Below are positions 1 through 12,839 of a stretch of 64,000 nucleotides of DNA, one piece after another (position 1 is the first letter of the stretch; each line of letters opens with the position of its first letter). The position numbers and the translations under genes are program-made. The stretch comes from Camelus dromedarius (taxonomy: Eukaryota). A model generated the notes under the pieces. That model was not told where the DNA came from. It worked only from the letters and a program-made list of their open reading frames with translations, and did no database searches. The stretch is taken from NCBI RefSeq assembly GCF_036321535.1, contig NC_087438.1:4280001-4344000 (forward strand), in the 5' to 3' direction.

Positions 1-282
1 TCAGTCCCAAGATCACCAACTCTGGACAAAAACTGTCACGCCAGAGCTCAGCATTGGAACCGCTGTTGGGACTGGCTCAGAGCAGTTGCTTGCACGTGGG
101 CAGAAGAACCAGAAGCCCACCTTTCCTACCTCTCTTTTTCAAGGAGAAAATAAATCAGATGACAAAGAACTGGGGAGGAAAGAACTGTTGCAGTAACATA
201 TAGAAAACATACAGAAAATGTTTCAGCAACATATAGAAAATCCTCATTATAAGAAGGCAATATGAGCTCACATGCCTGAGTT

Positions 283-395
283 TATATTTATTCATTCAAC
301 AAAAATATAGTGTTTTCTTTATGTATCAGGCATTAAAGATGCATCTATACACAAAATTTTAAAAACCTGTGTTCCCATGGAGCTTTCCATGTAAT
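283..395 (-). mobile_element. L2 3'-end fragment
   Basis: ttattcattcaacaaa ... ccatggagcttt is typical of the L2 3' terminus in reverse orientation. Confidence 0.5.
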
Positions 396-851
396 ATAAA
401 ACTATGTCCCATAATCTTAAAAATAACCAGCAGTTTTACTACACTTGTGTGGGAGTAGATCCTCGGGAAGGATAACCCACCACTTCCTCCCAGCCCGCGA
501 AACTTCAGCACCACGTGGTGGACAGCTCCACGCTGCGTGACAACAGCTCCCAGGCTAGGAGCGCTGGTCTCTCAGCACCCCAAAGTCGCAGAAGGCACTG
601 AGCTACACCCAGACACGACTTGAAAGTGGGGAAATCAGTGTCCCAGGACAATCCCTGGGAGAAGGGAATCCGTGGATAAAATTCAAGCATCACAGCCCTC
701 CAGCAAAACAACTCCGAAACACGATTCCTAAGGTCTCGTCCAGCTTTTCTCGGTAGTAACCTGCACAGTAAGAAGAACTTAACTGATGGTTCTCTTTTCA
801 ATGAAACACATTCTCACTCCCTCGCTTCTGTTTTTTATGAGATAGTCCCCT

Positions 852-1280
852 TTATTAGTTCTCCAGAGAAACTGATCCAATAGGGAGAGAGAGAGAAAGA
901 CGATTTGTTACAAAAATAGGTTCATGTGATTATGGAGGCAGTGAAATCCCACAACCTGTAGTCAACAAGCTGGAGACCCAGGAAAGCCAGTGGTGTAGCT
1001 TCAGTGCAAGTCTGAAGACCCGAGAAGAGCTGATGGTGTAGATTCCAGTCCCAGGGCAGGAGAAATTCAATGTCCAGCTCCAAAAGGCAGGCAGGTGAAT
1101 TTCCCTCTTACTGAACCATTTTGTGCTATTCAGCCTTCAAGAGCTTGGGTGAGGATCACTCACATTAACGAGGGCAATCTGCTTTACTCAGTCGACCTAT
1201 TCACATGTTAATCACATCCAAAAACAACCTCACAGACACATTCAGAATAATGTTTGACCAAATGTCTTGGCACCTCACAG
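852..1280 (-). mobile_element. ERVL solo LTR, MLT2-like
   Basis: Hallmarks ttctccagagaaac, ctggagacccaggaaagcc, gagggcaatctgctttactcagtc and ctcacagacaca..cagaataatgtttgaccaaat. Confidence 0.75.
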
Positions 1281-1382
1281 TCAAGGGAATGGTAGAGAAT
1301 CATATTTAAACCACAGTGCACGTGGCCTTAAGTTTCCATACTTGATTTTAGGGAAAAAATGTAATTAATTCAAATGACAACA

Positions 1383-1696
1383 TTATATAGTGCAGAAATC
1401 TGGTGAATATCAGCTAAGCCAAATAATCAATGTTAACATTGTCAGTGATGGAACAAACTCCCAAGCCTTCCTGGTGTGATGCGCTGAGGGTGCAGGGGCA
1501 GCTCTGCAGAATTCCTGCCAAAAATGCATGGCCTGAGTCTAATCCTGATGAAACGCCACGAAAACCAAACTTGTGAATTGTCTCTCCACGATTCTTTGCC
1601 CATTTATCTTTTAGATTGCTTTTGTTTTACTAAACAGAATGCTTCCTGAATGTGTATTAAAGTTCTTTTCTATTTTGTACATGGTGAAAAAAAATT
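1383..1696 (+). pseudogene. Short retroposed insert (probable transcript 3' end) bounded by a long target-site duplication
   Basis: Direct repeat aaaaat[g/a]taattaattcaaatgacaaca at 1355-1382 and 1697-1724. ATTAAA at 1656-1661, A-tail from 1687. The first ~190 bp resemble an old L1MC-type 3' UTR. Confidence 0.6.
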
Positions 1697-2949
1697 AAAA
1701 ATATAATTAATTCAAATGACAACAGTGAATAGTTACATGTCAACAGATAGAATTATAGGGAAAAACTTATATTAGTAATGGTAAGGCTGAATTAATAGTA
1801 GTTTATCATTAAAGTCAAGAAGAACAGCCAGTGAAAATGAGAAAGTCAAGAGCTGTGAAAGAACGTAGCATCTGCCTTTCATGTTTTATCTGCAGTAGGA
1901 AATTGGCCATGGTGCCCAGTTTTGTAGATGAGCCAGACTTCTCAGGATAATCTGAATAAATCCTCAGTAAACTAGGTTGAAGTATCAATGTTTAGTCAAA
2001 ATCTGCTATTTGACTCACGTTTGGCCTTTAGAATGGAAATCAGCCAAATGCCTGCATCCACGTCATTGCTGGCCCCCTAATTGTGACTGCTCGACAGTCA
2101 CGTGATTCATAGGCTGCCCTCATGTCCAGTCAGCATAAGATTGCCAGCACTTTGGACAAATCAGTTCACTTGGGTTTATTGTCCACATCTAAACATTGAC
2201 TTTCAAAATTATGTATTAAAGATATAAGTTGGAGTGAAAATCCTCTAATTTTTTTTATATGTTAACATTTGTCAATCAGCTGAAGTATAAATTTACATTT
2301 ACTATCACAAAATATAATGCTGGCAATATCACCTTCAGTGGCTGGACCACCAAACCACCTTCACCTCAGTGGCCGTGGTCTCAGCACCTCATGCTGGTCA
2401 CACATATGCTCTAACTTCTTCAGCAGAAATTAAGCAAATATTTTCCATCACAAATGTACACAGTAGGATGACCATAAAAGCAATCTATCAAACTTAGAAT
2501 CTGACCACCAGAAAATAATGATCACTTTTTAAAATAAAATTTAGATTTATTCTTATGTCCTAGACATTTATTCTGTAATGGCAATACTCAGCTGATGGTT
2601 GAGTTTCATCTCTAGGTGTGTTGTAGTTTGGTGTATCTCTGGTTTAAAAATCTGATTTTATTGGCCCTTAGTAACTTCATAGGGTACTGGTAAGTAGGCC
2701 TTAATCGAATGTTAAAAGTCTACCAAATGACTTTCCTTTCATGAAAAACAATGTGTTGTCTGAGGCTGGGTGTATAGCTCATGAGGTATCTTACAGATCT
2801 CTCCTACACCCCGACCAGACACTGAGCATTACTGCCTTCCAGACCAGCCCAGGCAACGCAACACTCACCTGCCCTTTGCTTTAAGGCTGCTCTTTCTTCT
2901 AGAGGATGTTCAAGTAGTGAATACATGTTTGTGCCCACTATAGAGAAAT

Positions 2950-3148
2950 GGCTGGATTGCCCCTCAGTGGACATTCGGCAAAGTCTGGAGACATCTTTGC
3001 TGTTCATCACTGGGGTAGGGATGCCAACAGCGTCTGGTGAGTTGAGGCCATGGATGCTGCCAAACACCCTACAATGCAGAGGAAAGCCCCCAACAACAAA
3101 GAATTTTCAGCCCAATGTGTCCCTGGTTCCTAGGCTGAGAAACGCTCT
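2950..3148. mobile_element. hAT-Charlie MITE, MER20-like
   Basis: ggacatt.ggcaa.gtctggagacat ... ggatgctgccaaacaccctacaatgca ... gctgagaaac is the MER20 signature. Confidence 0.75.
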
Positions 3149-4400
3149 GTGCAAAGTCTCTCCTTCCAGAGCAAAGGGCAGGCATGCTCACTACCATTAC
3201 TAAAACCTTCAGGTGCCCTGAGCTCAAGCTTCCACAGCTATAACACTCCTCCTGTGTGGACAGGTACCCACCCAGGCCCACCTGCCCCATGCCCACTGGG
3301 GCCAATGGTACGTGCTCTGCCGCACTCAGTGAACTCCTTTGTCTCTGAGCCAGGAGTGTTGTGTCTTCTATCAGCCTCCAGGAAACTGCAGCTAATGTGT
3401 GAGCTCACCAGTAGGGTAAAAACGCACACCCTTCAAGTCCTGACACCCTTCTAGGGACAACTGTTGCCTTTTGGGTCCAGTCTGTTGATGTCAGCAGCCT
3501 GGGATGCTTGGATGTGCTAGAATAGCAAACACAGAGCAGACAGATGGCCTGAAGGGTCAGGGAGAGAGGAGAAGAGCTCCACACCTAGCACGCCTCCAGC
3601 CGGCCTCACGTGTTTTTGCTAGGGGTGCAGGGGGGGCAGCGTTTACAGCCATAATCCCTGGAGCAGGAAGTATCCTGTTAACGTCACTGCAAAGCTGATG
3701 AGCAGCCAGACGACGCTGAGGCTGTGGCTGCCAGGTGTGGCTGTATCAGGCTCTGGAGTCCATCAGAGCAGTTCAATAGCTCAATGTCATATTCCCGGCT
3801 TCAGCTCATTTTTCCAACAGGCATCGTTCCTATTTGATCTGGCAGAGGGAACTGGATAAGGCACGCTAGCGCTGGGCCAGGCAAACCGCAGCACCTGCAC
3901 ACCCGGCAGCAGCAGCCTGAGGACAGGTCCAAACAGAAGGGCGGATGGGAGTGAGGACAAGGGAAGCCAGGCTCTGAGTCCACCTCAAATGTCAGGCATG
4001 GGAAATGCCCTGAAATGCCTCAGAGCCCATCAAAACCTATCCATGACTTCCAGAACAAAGTAGCCTGGAGCCAGTGCCTGGTGACCCCCAAAGTCAGGGT
4101 ACTCACCTCTCACTCGCTGACTCCCGAATGGACCATCACTGATGGGCAGTCCTAAGTGTTAGTCATGACATTGTGTCCAAGTCTCCTCCCCGTCCATTTC
4201 CGCTCATGGCCCTGAATGGCCAGCAGGGAGTCCAGGCCCCGTCCATTAAGGTTCCTGCTCAGGCACAAGTTCAATCCTTGGGTGAAATAAAATGTAAGTC
4301 AAATTCTGTATCTCATAATCCAGCTTTGTGGCTGGAAGGAAGGATGATAATTTGGTGACTGTTAAGTGCCCCAAGGAAACCCATGATACACTCTAGAGCG

Positions 4401-4540
4401 AGGGTTGGCAAACTCTAACCCACTCCCTTCCCCACTGTCTGTGGCTGTTTTCAGGCTGCACTCACAGAGCTGAGTAGTTGCAACAGAGACCAGATGGCCA
4501 GCAAAGCTGAAAGCATTTACAATCTGGCCCTTTACAGAAA
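4401..4540. mobile_element. hAT-Charlie MITE, MER58-like (end interrupted by the SINE)
   Basis: agggttggcaaact ... gagctgagtagttgcaacagagacc ... atctggccctttacagaaa. Confidence 0.7.
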
Positions 4541-4553
4541 GAGACTTATAAAA

Positions 4554-4706
4554 GGGTAGGGTATAGCTCAGTGGTAGAGTGTGTGCTTAGCATGCACGAG
4601 GTCCTAGGTTCAATCCCCAGTACCTCCACAAATAAATAAACAATAAACAAACCTAATTACCTCCCCACCACAAAAAATAAAAATAAAAAAACAGAACCAC
4701 AAACCG
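4554..4706 (+). mobile_element. tRNA-Ala(AGC)-derived SINE, camelid Vic-1 type
   Basis: tRNA-like head gggtatagctcagtggtagagtgtgtgcttagcatgcacgaggtcctaggttcaatccccagtacctcca with A and B boxes, then an A-rich tail. 16-bp TSD gaaagaga[c/t]ttataaa at 4537-4552 and 4707-4722. Confidence 0.88.
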
Positions 4707-6631
4707 GAAAGAGATTTATAAATTCCTGAACCCCTGTGTCCATGGAGGAGAAAAGGTGTACCTGCGAGCCGCATGTCAGTAGATCCAAAAAAGGCATGAG
4801 TAGGTGCAGAGGTACCAAGGTCCCCACCTCACCAGGGTGATAGACATCTTCCAAGTCTTAGGGAGAGATCAGCCAGAAGGACCAGGCTGTGATGCAGTGA
4901 GACTCAAGGGAGAAAATCGTTGATGAAGGGGCTGGTGGAGGGGCGGTTCAGTCGGACGAGGGCCCTCCCCAGAGGGGAAGAAGCACCATGCTTGGGTGAC
5001 ACAGAAAGGAGAGCAGGAATCCCCTGAAAGCAGTGAGGAGAGTAGTAAAGAAGGTCCATGCGAAGAAAAAAGTGAATCCGAGCTTCTTTTTGACTTTTTA
5101 AAAAACTTAATAACATCTCAGGTCCTAGATGTCAAGACTTCCCAACTGATACCCACAAGGCCCTAGTCTTCCAAGTTCCTCCCAGCAAGTGGTCATGAAA
5201 GTTTGGAACAACATGAATATGATACGCCTCTTGGAAAGTCCCACTGAACCTTAAAGTCTCTGACAAATCCCACAGCAAAGAGACCTGTTAAGTTCTGGGG
5301 TCTCCCAGGCAAATCTGTCCACAGGACCTCTCCACCTGGTAACTGCCAATCTGCACCCCAGCACTGGAATTCCTGACACTGCCTTTGGGGGATGTTGCAT
5401 TCCAGACAGACACCAAAGTTTGCAGATCAGACAGATCCCTCCACACCTCGTACCTCAGTGTTCACATCACACAGCCTTTCCCAGGTGAGACGGGCCCTGT
5501 CTGTGGGGAGGGGAGAAGCCGGCACTGACTCGCACTCATGAGTCCCTCCCACGGGAGAAAGGATCCGCGTGGTGCTTTGTGCTCAAAACACCCCTCTTTG
5601 GAGAGATGGCGAACCGGAATGTTTAGGAAATGTTTAAGCATCCAGGTGTGATAGTGGCAGGGAGGTCCTCCTGTCTCCCAGGATGTGATCCTGCTATAAG
5701 ACACTGACCCGGGCCTCCTGCTGATTGCCTGGACACTGACAGAGGAAGACGAAGAGGGTGAGCTGGGAGCGGCCAGGCAGGAAAGCCCGTCCTCACTCAT
5801 CTCCTTCTGCCAAAGACCAGCAGCGCTCCCAGCTCACGAGGAGCCTGGCTCCGAGGTTTTTCCTTATCAGCCGTCTGAGTCCTGGTGCGCCTGCTCCACC
5901 CACCGCAGCTGAGACTCGTGTCACAGCCTGAGAGGGACAAGATGCTCACAGCTCGAGCCTTTCAAGGCCAGGCGCAGACTGGGCCTCCAGCAGCGTGTGC
6001 ATTCCCCATCACCAGGGCCAGCGCTCCTGCTTGTTAGGGCTCTTTGAAAAACAAATGCTGGAAACAAGTGACTTAGGACCTACCCTTCTTAGATATTCAT
6101 TTCGCTGTGGAAAGTGAATTTTATTCCACCTCTAGGTGACTTCCGTCAAAACATTTTTATTCTTGTTTCCTTCTGTTGAACAGCAATACATGCAAATTGT
6201 TTTTATAATAAGTCTGAACTGTAGGAAAGATTGTCTCTCTCCCCTCCCTGAGCTCTAAGTCTCCCTTTCCTCGTCTCAGACAGTGACTCTCTCCATGTTC
6301 TTTTTTATTCCAGATCACTTCTGAAACCAAAGCAAAGCAAATAAAAATCAGTCATTTCCAGGAAGTAGGGGAGAGGGGTTCGGGAAGACAAAAGGAAGCA
6401 AACCACGCTGAGGAAGGCTCTCTGCCAAGAGCATCCCTAGGCACATGGCATCTCCAACTTCATCTTCAGACGTGCACGTAAGGACACAGTTTTCTTTACA
6501 GATAAGGAGCCTGGGGTTCTAATCTTGGCCTGTATCTGACTACCAAGGCCATGGAGGCTGCACTCTAGTGACAGGAGATGTCGCAATATCTGTGGCTTAC
6601 ATCATTCAATGTCATAACCCTTACAAGTCGG

Positions 6632-7060
6632 ATTTAGTTCACTCTTGCTGCAGAACAATGACCCCCAAGCACCATGCCTCAGAACAACTCCCTTATTCAT
6701 CTCCCTCACTCCTTTGCTGAGCGGGGCTCAGCAGGGAAGCTGGGCTCCGCTCCACGTGGCCTCGCTCGACCCAGCTCAACTGGATCTGCTTCCAAGACGG
6801 CACATCTCAGAGCTGGCAGGTTGGTGCTGCCTCTGGGGTCCTCTCCATGTGGCCGTCTCCACCAGGCAGCTTTAGCTTCCTCACAGAATGGCACTGGGTC
6901 CTTGACTAAGTTTCCCAAGAGGCAGAAAGTAGCAGTTACTAGTTTCTTGAAGGCTGAGCTGAGAAACCAGACATCCCCCCTCTGCATTCTACTGACCACC
7001 ATTCGAGGGGCGGGATCGCTACTCCATCCCCCTGCGAAGGAGTGTCAAGGAAATCTGGAA
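6632..7060 (-). mobile_element. Old MaLR LTR (MLT1I/J-like)
   Basis: cttccaagacggc, ggctgg/ggttggtgctg, ctctccatgtgg and cttcctcacagaatggc motifs in MLT1 order. Confidence 0.55.
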
Positions 7061-7740
7061 AAATGTCTCCGAGCTTTCACAGTTATTTACTTGTTGTATT
7101 GTTTATTCGTTCATTTATTCATTCTTTAAAAGCTGTTTTGAATATAATTAAAACTCACTCAGCTCAGGGACCACACTTAATTAAACAAGGCTCAAATGTG
7201 GTCGAGAGCAGCCCAGAGCTTTGTGCCGAAAGACAAGTGCGATTTTCCCAAAAGCCTGTCCCTGCGGCTCGTTGGTGGTGATGGAGGAGAAACCAAGACC
7301 ATGGAAAAGAGTCTCTTCTTTTGAAAAATAAGAAAGAGAGAGGAATTCTGGGTAGGACCGAGCTTGGCAGAGCTCGCAGTGCAGACGCGTTTCCCGGGCC
7401 AGGCTCTTCCCCGACTGCGACACACGGCTGACGGTCCAGACCCTGAGCCTCCAAGTGATGAGCCGACGTGCGCCCTCCTCTCGCCCAGGAGGTCTCTGTC
7501 CTCCTTGGGCACTGGGGCTTCCACCCCCTCAGATGTTTCATTAACAGTTCCTCTCTGCTTTCTCAGAGTTCTTACACACAGCTCAGCCTTTTTACGAGTT
7601 CTTTAAAAAAAAAAAAAGAAAGAAAAAAGCTTTTTAGCACAAATTAAATGAGCTGGAATTAGGAAAGCTGTGAGAGGACAAGGGAACCGCACTACGAGGG
7701 CTGCAAAGTTCCAGGACCGCCCAGGCTCAAAATGCTGGCT

Positions 7741-8260
7741 TGCTGCAGTGGACATGGGCGTGCTAGTGTCTTTCTGAGACCTTGATTTCAATTCTTTTGG
7801 ATAAATGCCCGTAAGTGCTACTGAAGGACCACGCAATAGCCAAGGTACGGAAACATCCAAATGTCCATTGATGGGTGAATGGGTGTATGGCGTGTACATA
7901 CAATGGCATATTATTCACTCTGTTAAGAAAACATCCTGCCGTTTGTGACAACGTGGATCACATCATGCTAAGTGAAATAAGCCAGTCACAGAAAGACGGA
8001 CTCTCCGTGATGCCACTTGTATTAAGGATCTAAAATCATCACGCCCACAGAATCAGAGTGGAACGGTGTTGCCAGGCGAGATGCTGATCAAAGGCCGTAA
8101 CGTTTCAGTCACGCGAGGTAAGTGAGTTCCAGAGATCACTGTGCTTATGTCGAACATACTGAGTTGTACATTTGAAAGATTTTGTTAAGAGGGTAGATCT
8201 CAGGTCAAGTGTTCTTACCACAATAAAATATTTTTAAAGCCCAAATCTGAAAAAAAAAAA
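7741..8260 (+). mobile_element. 5'-truncated, 5'-inverted L1 (L1MA-type 3' end) with TSD
   Basis: Inverted segment 7741-7817; forward segment ~7832-8260 ending aataaa...poly(A). Flanking repeat aaaatgctg[g/a]cttgctg at 7729-7745 and 8257-8273. Confidence 0.8.
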
Positions 8261-9208
8261 TGCTGACTTGCTGATTGAGTAAACTTCCATCAACTGTTTT
8301 TGAGAATTAGAGGTACTTTCATCTACCTGTCACCTTGCAGCGGTTACATTTACAAATAAACAGGTGTGACTATCACAGGATCACAGAACAACGATGCACA
8401 CGCCGGCTGGAGGGAGCCCATGAGATCGTCAGGCCGCTGAACTGAGGAGACACACAGGCACCTTCTCTGGAGGGTCCGCTGCCCCCGGGAGGGGGGGGTC
8501 TTCGCTTTCTCCCGGTCAGAGCCTCCGTATCCTGAACACAGATGTTCATCCTTCACGCTTTCATTCAAAACCTTGCAAGTGCTTCTGGAGCAGACACACA
8601 CATGTGTGCACATGTGCACACGGGTCCCGTCACCTTTGGACAGAACAGCTGTGGGCCTTAGGGGCGTGGTCCTTGCTTCTCTAGGTCGGATTGAGACTCT
8701 GTAAACTGCAGGGAGATGAGAGGCTGCCCGCGGGGTTCAACAGAGAGACAGGACGGAATGGAGCTGCGAGAATGAGAAAGCATCTGGAAACGCGCTCCTT
8801 AGCGCATCCTGGTCCCGGGCGTGTCTGCTGGGTCCCCACCCTGCAGAGCCTGGCGCACAGTTTAGCGCTGCCGTCACGTGCCCGTGCCCGTGCGTATCTT
8901 TGGAAGCTCTGTTTTTAAAGATTTTTGAACGGATGCTGTGATGGGGTCTGAGGGCCACGGAGGCGACAGAGAAGTTCCATATCTCCCGCACGTAGCACAG
9001 TGCGGGGCACATAGTAGGAGCTCACCAGATGTTCACTAAGTGACTAATGGGTAGCCACGACGCCGCTTCCAGGGTGAGGGGAGGGCACGTGACTCAGACC
9101 CCTCCCCCTCCCCCAGCCCCTCATTCCAGGCCCTGTGAGCCCCCACCTGAAGGGTTGGCTCCACTCTTGGCTCTTTCCACTTGGCTTTTTGCTTTTGTCT
9201 TGTGAATG

Positions 9209-9347
9209 GGACACACGCACACACACACAGGTGCACAGGCAGACACACGTGTAGGTGAGAGCATGTGAGACCATACATGCAAGTGTGCATATGCAGGGAC
9301 GTGCGTGCATGCCCTCACAAACACACACGCGGATGCAGACATACATG
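9209..9347. repeat. Degenerate (CA)n/(TG)n purine-pyrimidine low-complexity tract
   Basis: acacacgcacacacacacaggtgcacaggcagacacacgtgt...gtgtgcatatgca...acacacacgc. Confidence 0.75.
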
Positions 9348-10974
9348 CCCCGAGTTCTTACTCTGAACTCAATAAAACGTCCTTACCTTATACCTTGAAA
9401 CAGACCCAGCCTCCCAGACAAAGGTCGGTCCCCACTTCCCCACAATGGTACCGGCCCAGGCGGGGCTGCGTTCTTCCTCCCCTCTTGCTCCTAGATTCCA
9501 GCTTTCACAGAATCTGGATCACAGCGCCCACCCGTCACCGCCTTCTTCACAGAAGTCACCCTCGCTGTCTGTGTTAGCCAGTCCCGAGGGGGCAGACAGG
9601 GCTCTCCCCAGCTCTGCACTCTCTCGTGGTCCCGAGCAGACAGCCCTGGGACAGGTGCCCCCAGAAGGCTGCTGCACTGAAAGGGTGTGGAGGACTCGGA
9701 CCTGTGGAAGGACACAGTCTGGCTGCTCAGGGTGCTCAGAGCTGCCCCCGAGGCCCCACTCAGGCAGCACCAGCTCTTCCCCTCCCCACATTTCCCCTCC
9801 ACCAGGAGTCCTAGCCTTTCACTCCAGTGTGCTCTCCCCAGCTCTCTCCAGCAGCCTGTGAAGCTATGAAACCTTGTGCAGGGTGTTGTGTTAAATGCAC
9901 AAAGTAAACACAGAGGTCACACAGGACCAATGATTCTGAAATCCAGGTATCTGCCTGGGCTTGAGGGTGGGGGCGTCTCTGCTCCAGCAGCGAGCATCCC
10001 CTCCCCTCTCCTCCATGCCCCTCCAGACTGATCTCTGGTGAGAAGCACCCCAAGGTGGTAGGATGCTGGGGTGGGGGTGCCCTGGAGAGTGAGGGTAACA
10101 CAGGACTTGGGAATGCAAGACAAAAGATGTGCTCTCTGGGGATCTCTGAGAGGCTGTGACTGCCATTCTGTACAGAAGGTCAGACCGTGATGTATGGTCT
10201 GCAGAGCTTGGGTGGATGTGGGGAGAGAGAGGGGGAGTGCAGCGGGTCTCACAGATAACAGTAAATACTTGTTCCCGCTGCAGTGTTGTTTTTCAGCTGA
10301 AATCTGTGGACGTGGGCGGTATTTTCTCTGCTTTTACTGTTGATTCCATTAGGTGCTCTGTGTGTGAAGTATGAAGACCAGCAAGAACAAAGCCATATGA
10401 ATCCAAGGATCACACCAGCTCGAGACAGAAAAAGAGCTGGTTTTTCTTTAACCAATGGTAAAGTAGGGGCAATCAAATAATTTTTATATTATGAGATTTC
10501 AGGGTTTTTTTTTTCATACTGTGTCTATTCCCTTTAAATGACAGTCGTCAGAAGTCACTTTTAAGAAAGTACTTTGAAATTGAATAGAAAATGTCTCACA
10601 CACTTACTTTTCCTGTTTTTATGAAATTCAAATAGAATGTGAGTGGCAGGCAGAGTGCTTTGTGCCCCAGGCTCAGCAAACACAAGCTTCCTGGAACTCC
10701 ATCTTTTGGAAGCAGGAGGGGAGACCAGACGTCTGCTAAGAGGCGCCCTGGCTGGGATTCAGCCCATATAGGCAATGGGTCATTGCACAGGGCGAGCGTC
10801 TGTTTTGGGCCCTGGAACCTTGAGTTTAGCCCCACAGGGCCCATGGCGGACTCCTGACCTCCAGAACTGTAAAGGGCAAACGCGTGCCGTGAGGCTGCTC
10901 AAGTTGTGCTGATTTGCTATGGCGGCCACAGGAGCTGGCGCCAGAGTGTCATCGTGGGGAACAGGGACACTGTA

Positions 10975-11135
10975 ACCTGAAGTCCAAGGACCCACACTTA
11001 TGGCCACTTGAAAGCTGTGTGACCTGGACAACCTTCTCAACCTCTCTGAGTCTCTGTTTTTCCATTACTGAAATGTGTGTCAACACGCCTCCAAGATGAC
11101 TGTGAATGCTGCACGCAGTCAGGCTAATTAACTGC
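10975..11135 (+). mobile_element. MIR fragment
   Basis: gccacttgaaagctgtgtgacctggacaaccttctcaacctctctgagtctctgtttttcc matches the MIR core. Confidence 0.7.
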
Positions 11136-12274
11136 AAACAACACGGAGAGGAGGAATAACTTTATTGATTTGCAAGGAGCCTGAGGGGGGAAATTAAGAT
11201 ATTTTTTTGAACCTGAGACAGAAATTGCTAATTATCATCAACTGCTTCTCCCAGTCTTAGCAAAAAGAAATCACTTGAATGTCCATAAACATTTACTTTT
11301 CTTTTCAATTATCACATATGTGGATTTAAATCCATATGATGAGCTCCTTGGAAAGGGGCCAGAAGATAGGAAGAATTCCAGCATGGGTGAGGGAGCAGAC
11401 CTGGACAGGCTCCCCAAGCTCCTACACTGATGCATCAAAGCCTCAGGGCTGGTGGACAGATAACAGGACTGGAGCTGCCCCACTGGCCTCCCTTGGACAC
11501 AGCACAGGGGACCCTCTAAGTAAAGAGACATGGGAAGCCTGTGTCTCCCTTCCAGGCTATGGAGCTGACTGAACGCCACGTCTGCACACCTTTTTGCTCC
11601 TAGGACCACATTTAAATGTAAGAGGTAGTATTGTAATTATAGACTCCCGGTGGGTGAGTTCCTCTGTGGAGAAGCATTTCTGTAATTTCAGAAATTACTT
11701 CGTTTTGATTTCTGGTTATAGAGTTTTGAATTTTAATCCATCACATTCTCGTAAAGGCGTAGCACATCAGAACGTGGGATCGTGTTTGTAGGGGGCCAGC
11801 GTTTAATGAGCATCTATGCCGGGCCAGACACCAATTACATGTAATCTCTCACACGCAACTGCTTCCTTCATGAAATATATATAGTGCCTACTTCGTACTG
11901 CTGTCAAGGATTAAGTTAAATGGAGTGAAATAATGTAGCCGGAGACACGCAGCTGGGAAAAAAATAGAACTGGCCTCACCCTCGTGGCCGCCCTCGTTCT
12001 CAGCCCACGTGCTGATTGCCCCACGGCGTGGCCCTCCTCACAGGAGATGTCAGGTCGTGGCTCCCTGTGAATCTGTTTCTCATCCTATCACTTGACCCGA
12101 GATGATTAATTCCATGGCATATCAACTAACAAACCACTTCTCTACTCCCCCATGACACATTCACCTAGAACAGTGCAGTAATAATAGGAGAAAATATTGT
12201 TCAATGCACTCCATTAAGAAACTTTAAAATGTACTCAGCGATACTGACCAAGAACCTGTGGTTTACAGGAAGTC

Positions 12275-12620
12275 TTCTAGGAGTTGAAGATGCTGGGGGC
12301 TCGGCACTCCTGAGCTGACATTATGGGAGGAAGGAGGAAACAGACAAGGGACAACCAGCAAATGTAAACAGAGGAGCCGTCAGGCTGTTCTAAGTGCCAT
12401 GCAGGGAATGCTTTAGACTGATATCCAACGAAGGCTTCTGTGTACAGGTGAGTTTTACTGAAAACAGACCAGGAGGAGGGTGCGCCTGGCAGAGGGAACA
12501 GCTGGTGTGAAGGTCTAAGGCGAGAACGAGACGAGGTACTGGAGGAATGCAGGAAGGCAGCGTGGCCGGGGAGCGGAGGGGAGGCCAGCTGCCCAGGATG
12601 ACACCAGGAGACGGCCAGGG
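12275..12620 (-). mobile_element. L2 fragment
   Basis: ctcctgagctgacatt, taagtgccatg, gaaggcttct, ggcagagggaacagc..gtgtgaaggtct occur in L2 order. Confidence 0.6.
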
Positions 12621-12839
12621 AGTGTCCCAGGATGACATCCAGCTTACTGATTTGGGGGGTTGACGGAATGCGGTGGGAAGACGAGACCTGAGACTTCGTT
12701 TCAGAACACATTTGAAAAAGAGGAACCCCAGCTCTTTCACGGAGGATAAGATACAGCTTCGCACTCGCTGGATTTGTAGAAGAGGAGGAACGGGCTTATT
12801 TGGAAACTCTAGCTGGATATTGGGTTTATGAATAATTTT

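Noticed and set aside
191..241. Short direct repeat cag[t/c]aacatatagaaaa
   Set aside because: Small local slippage duplication with no associated structure.
4556..4628. Functional tRNA-Ala(AGC) gene
   Set aside because: Stem mismatches, an A-rich tail and a 16-bp TSD identify it as a SINE head.
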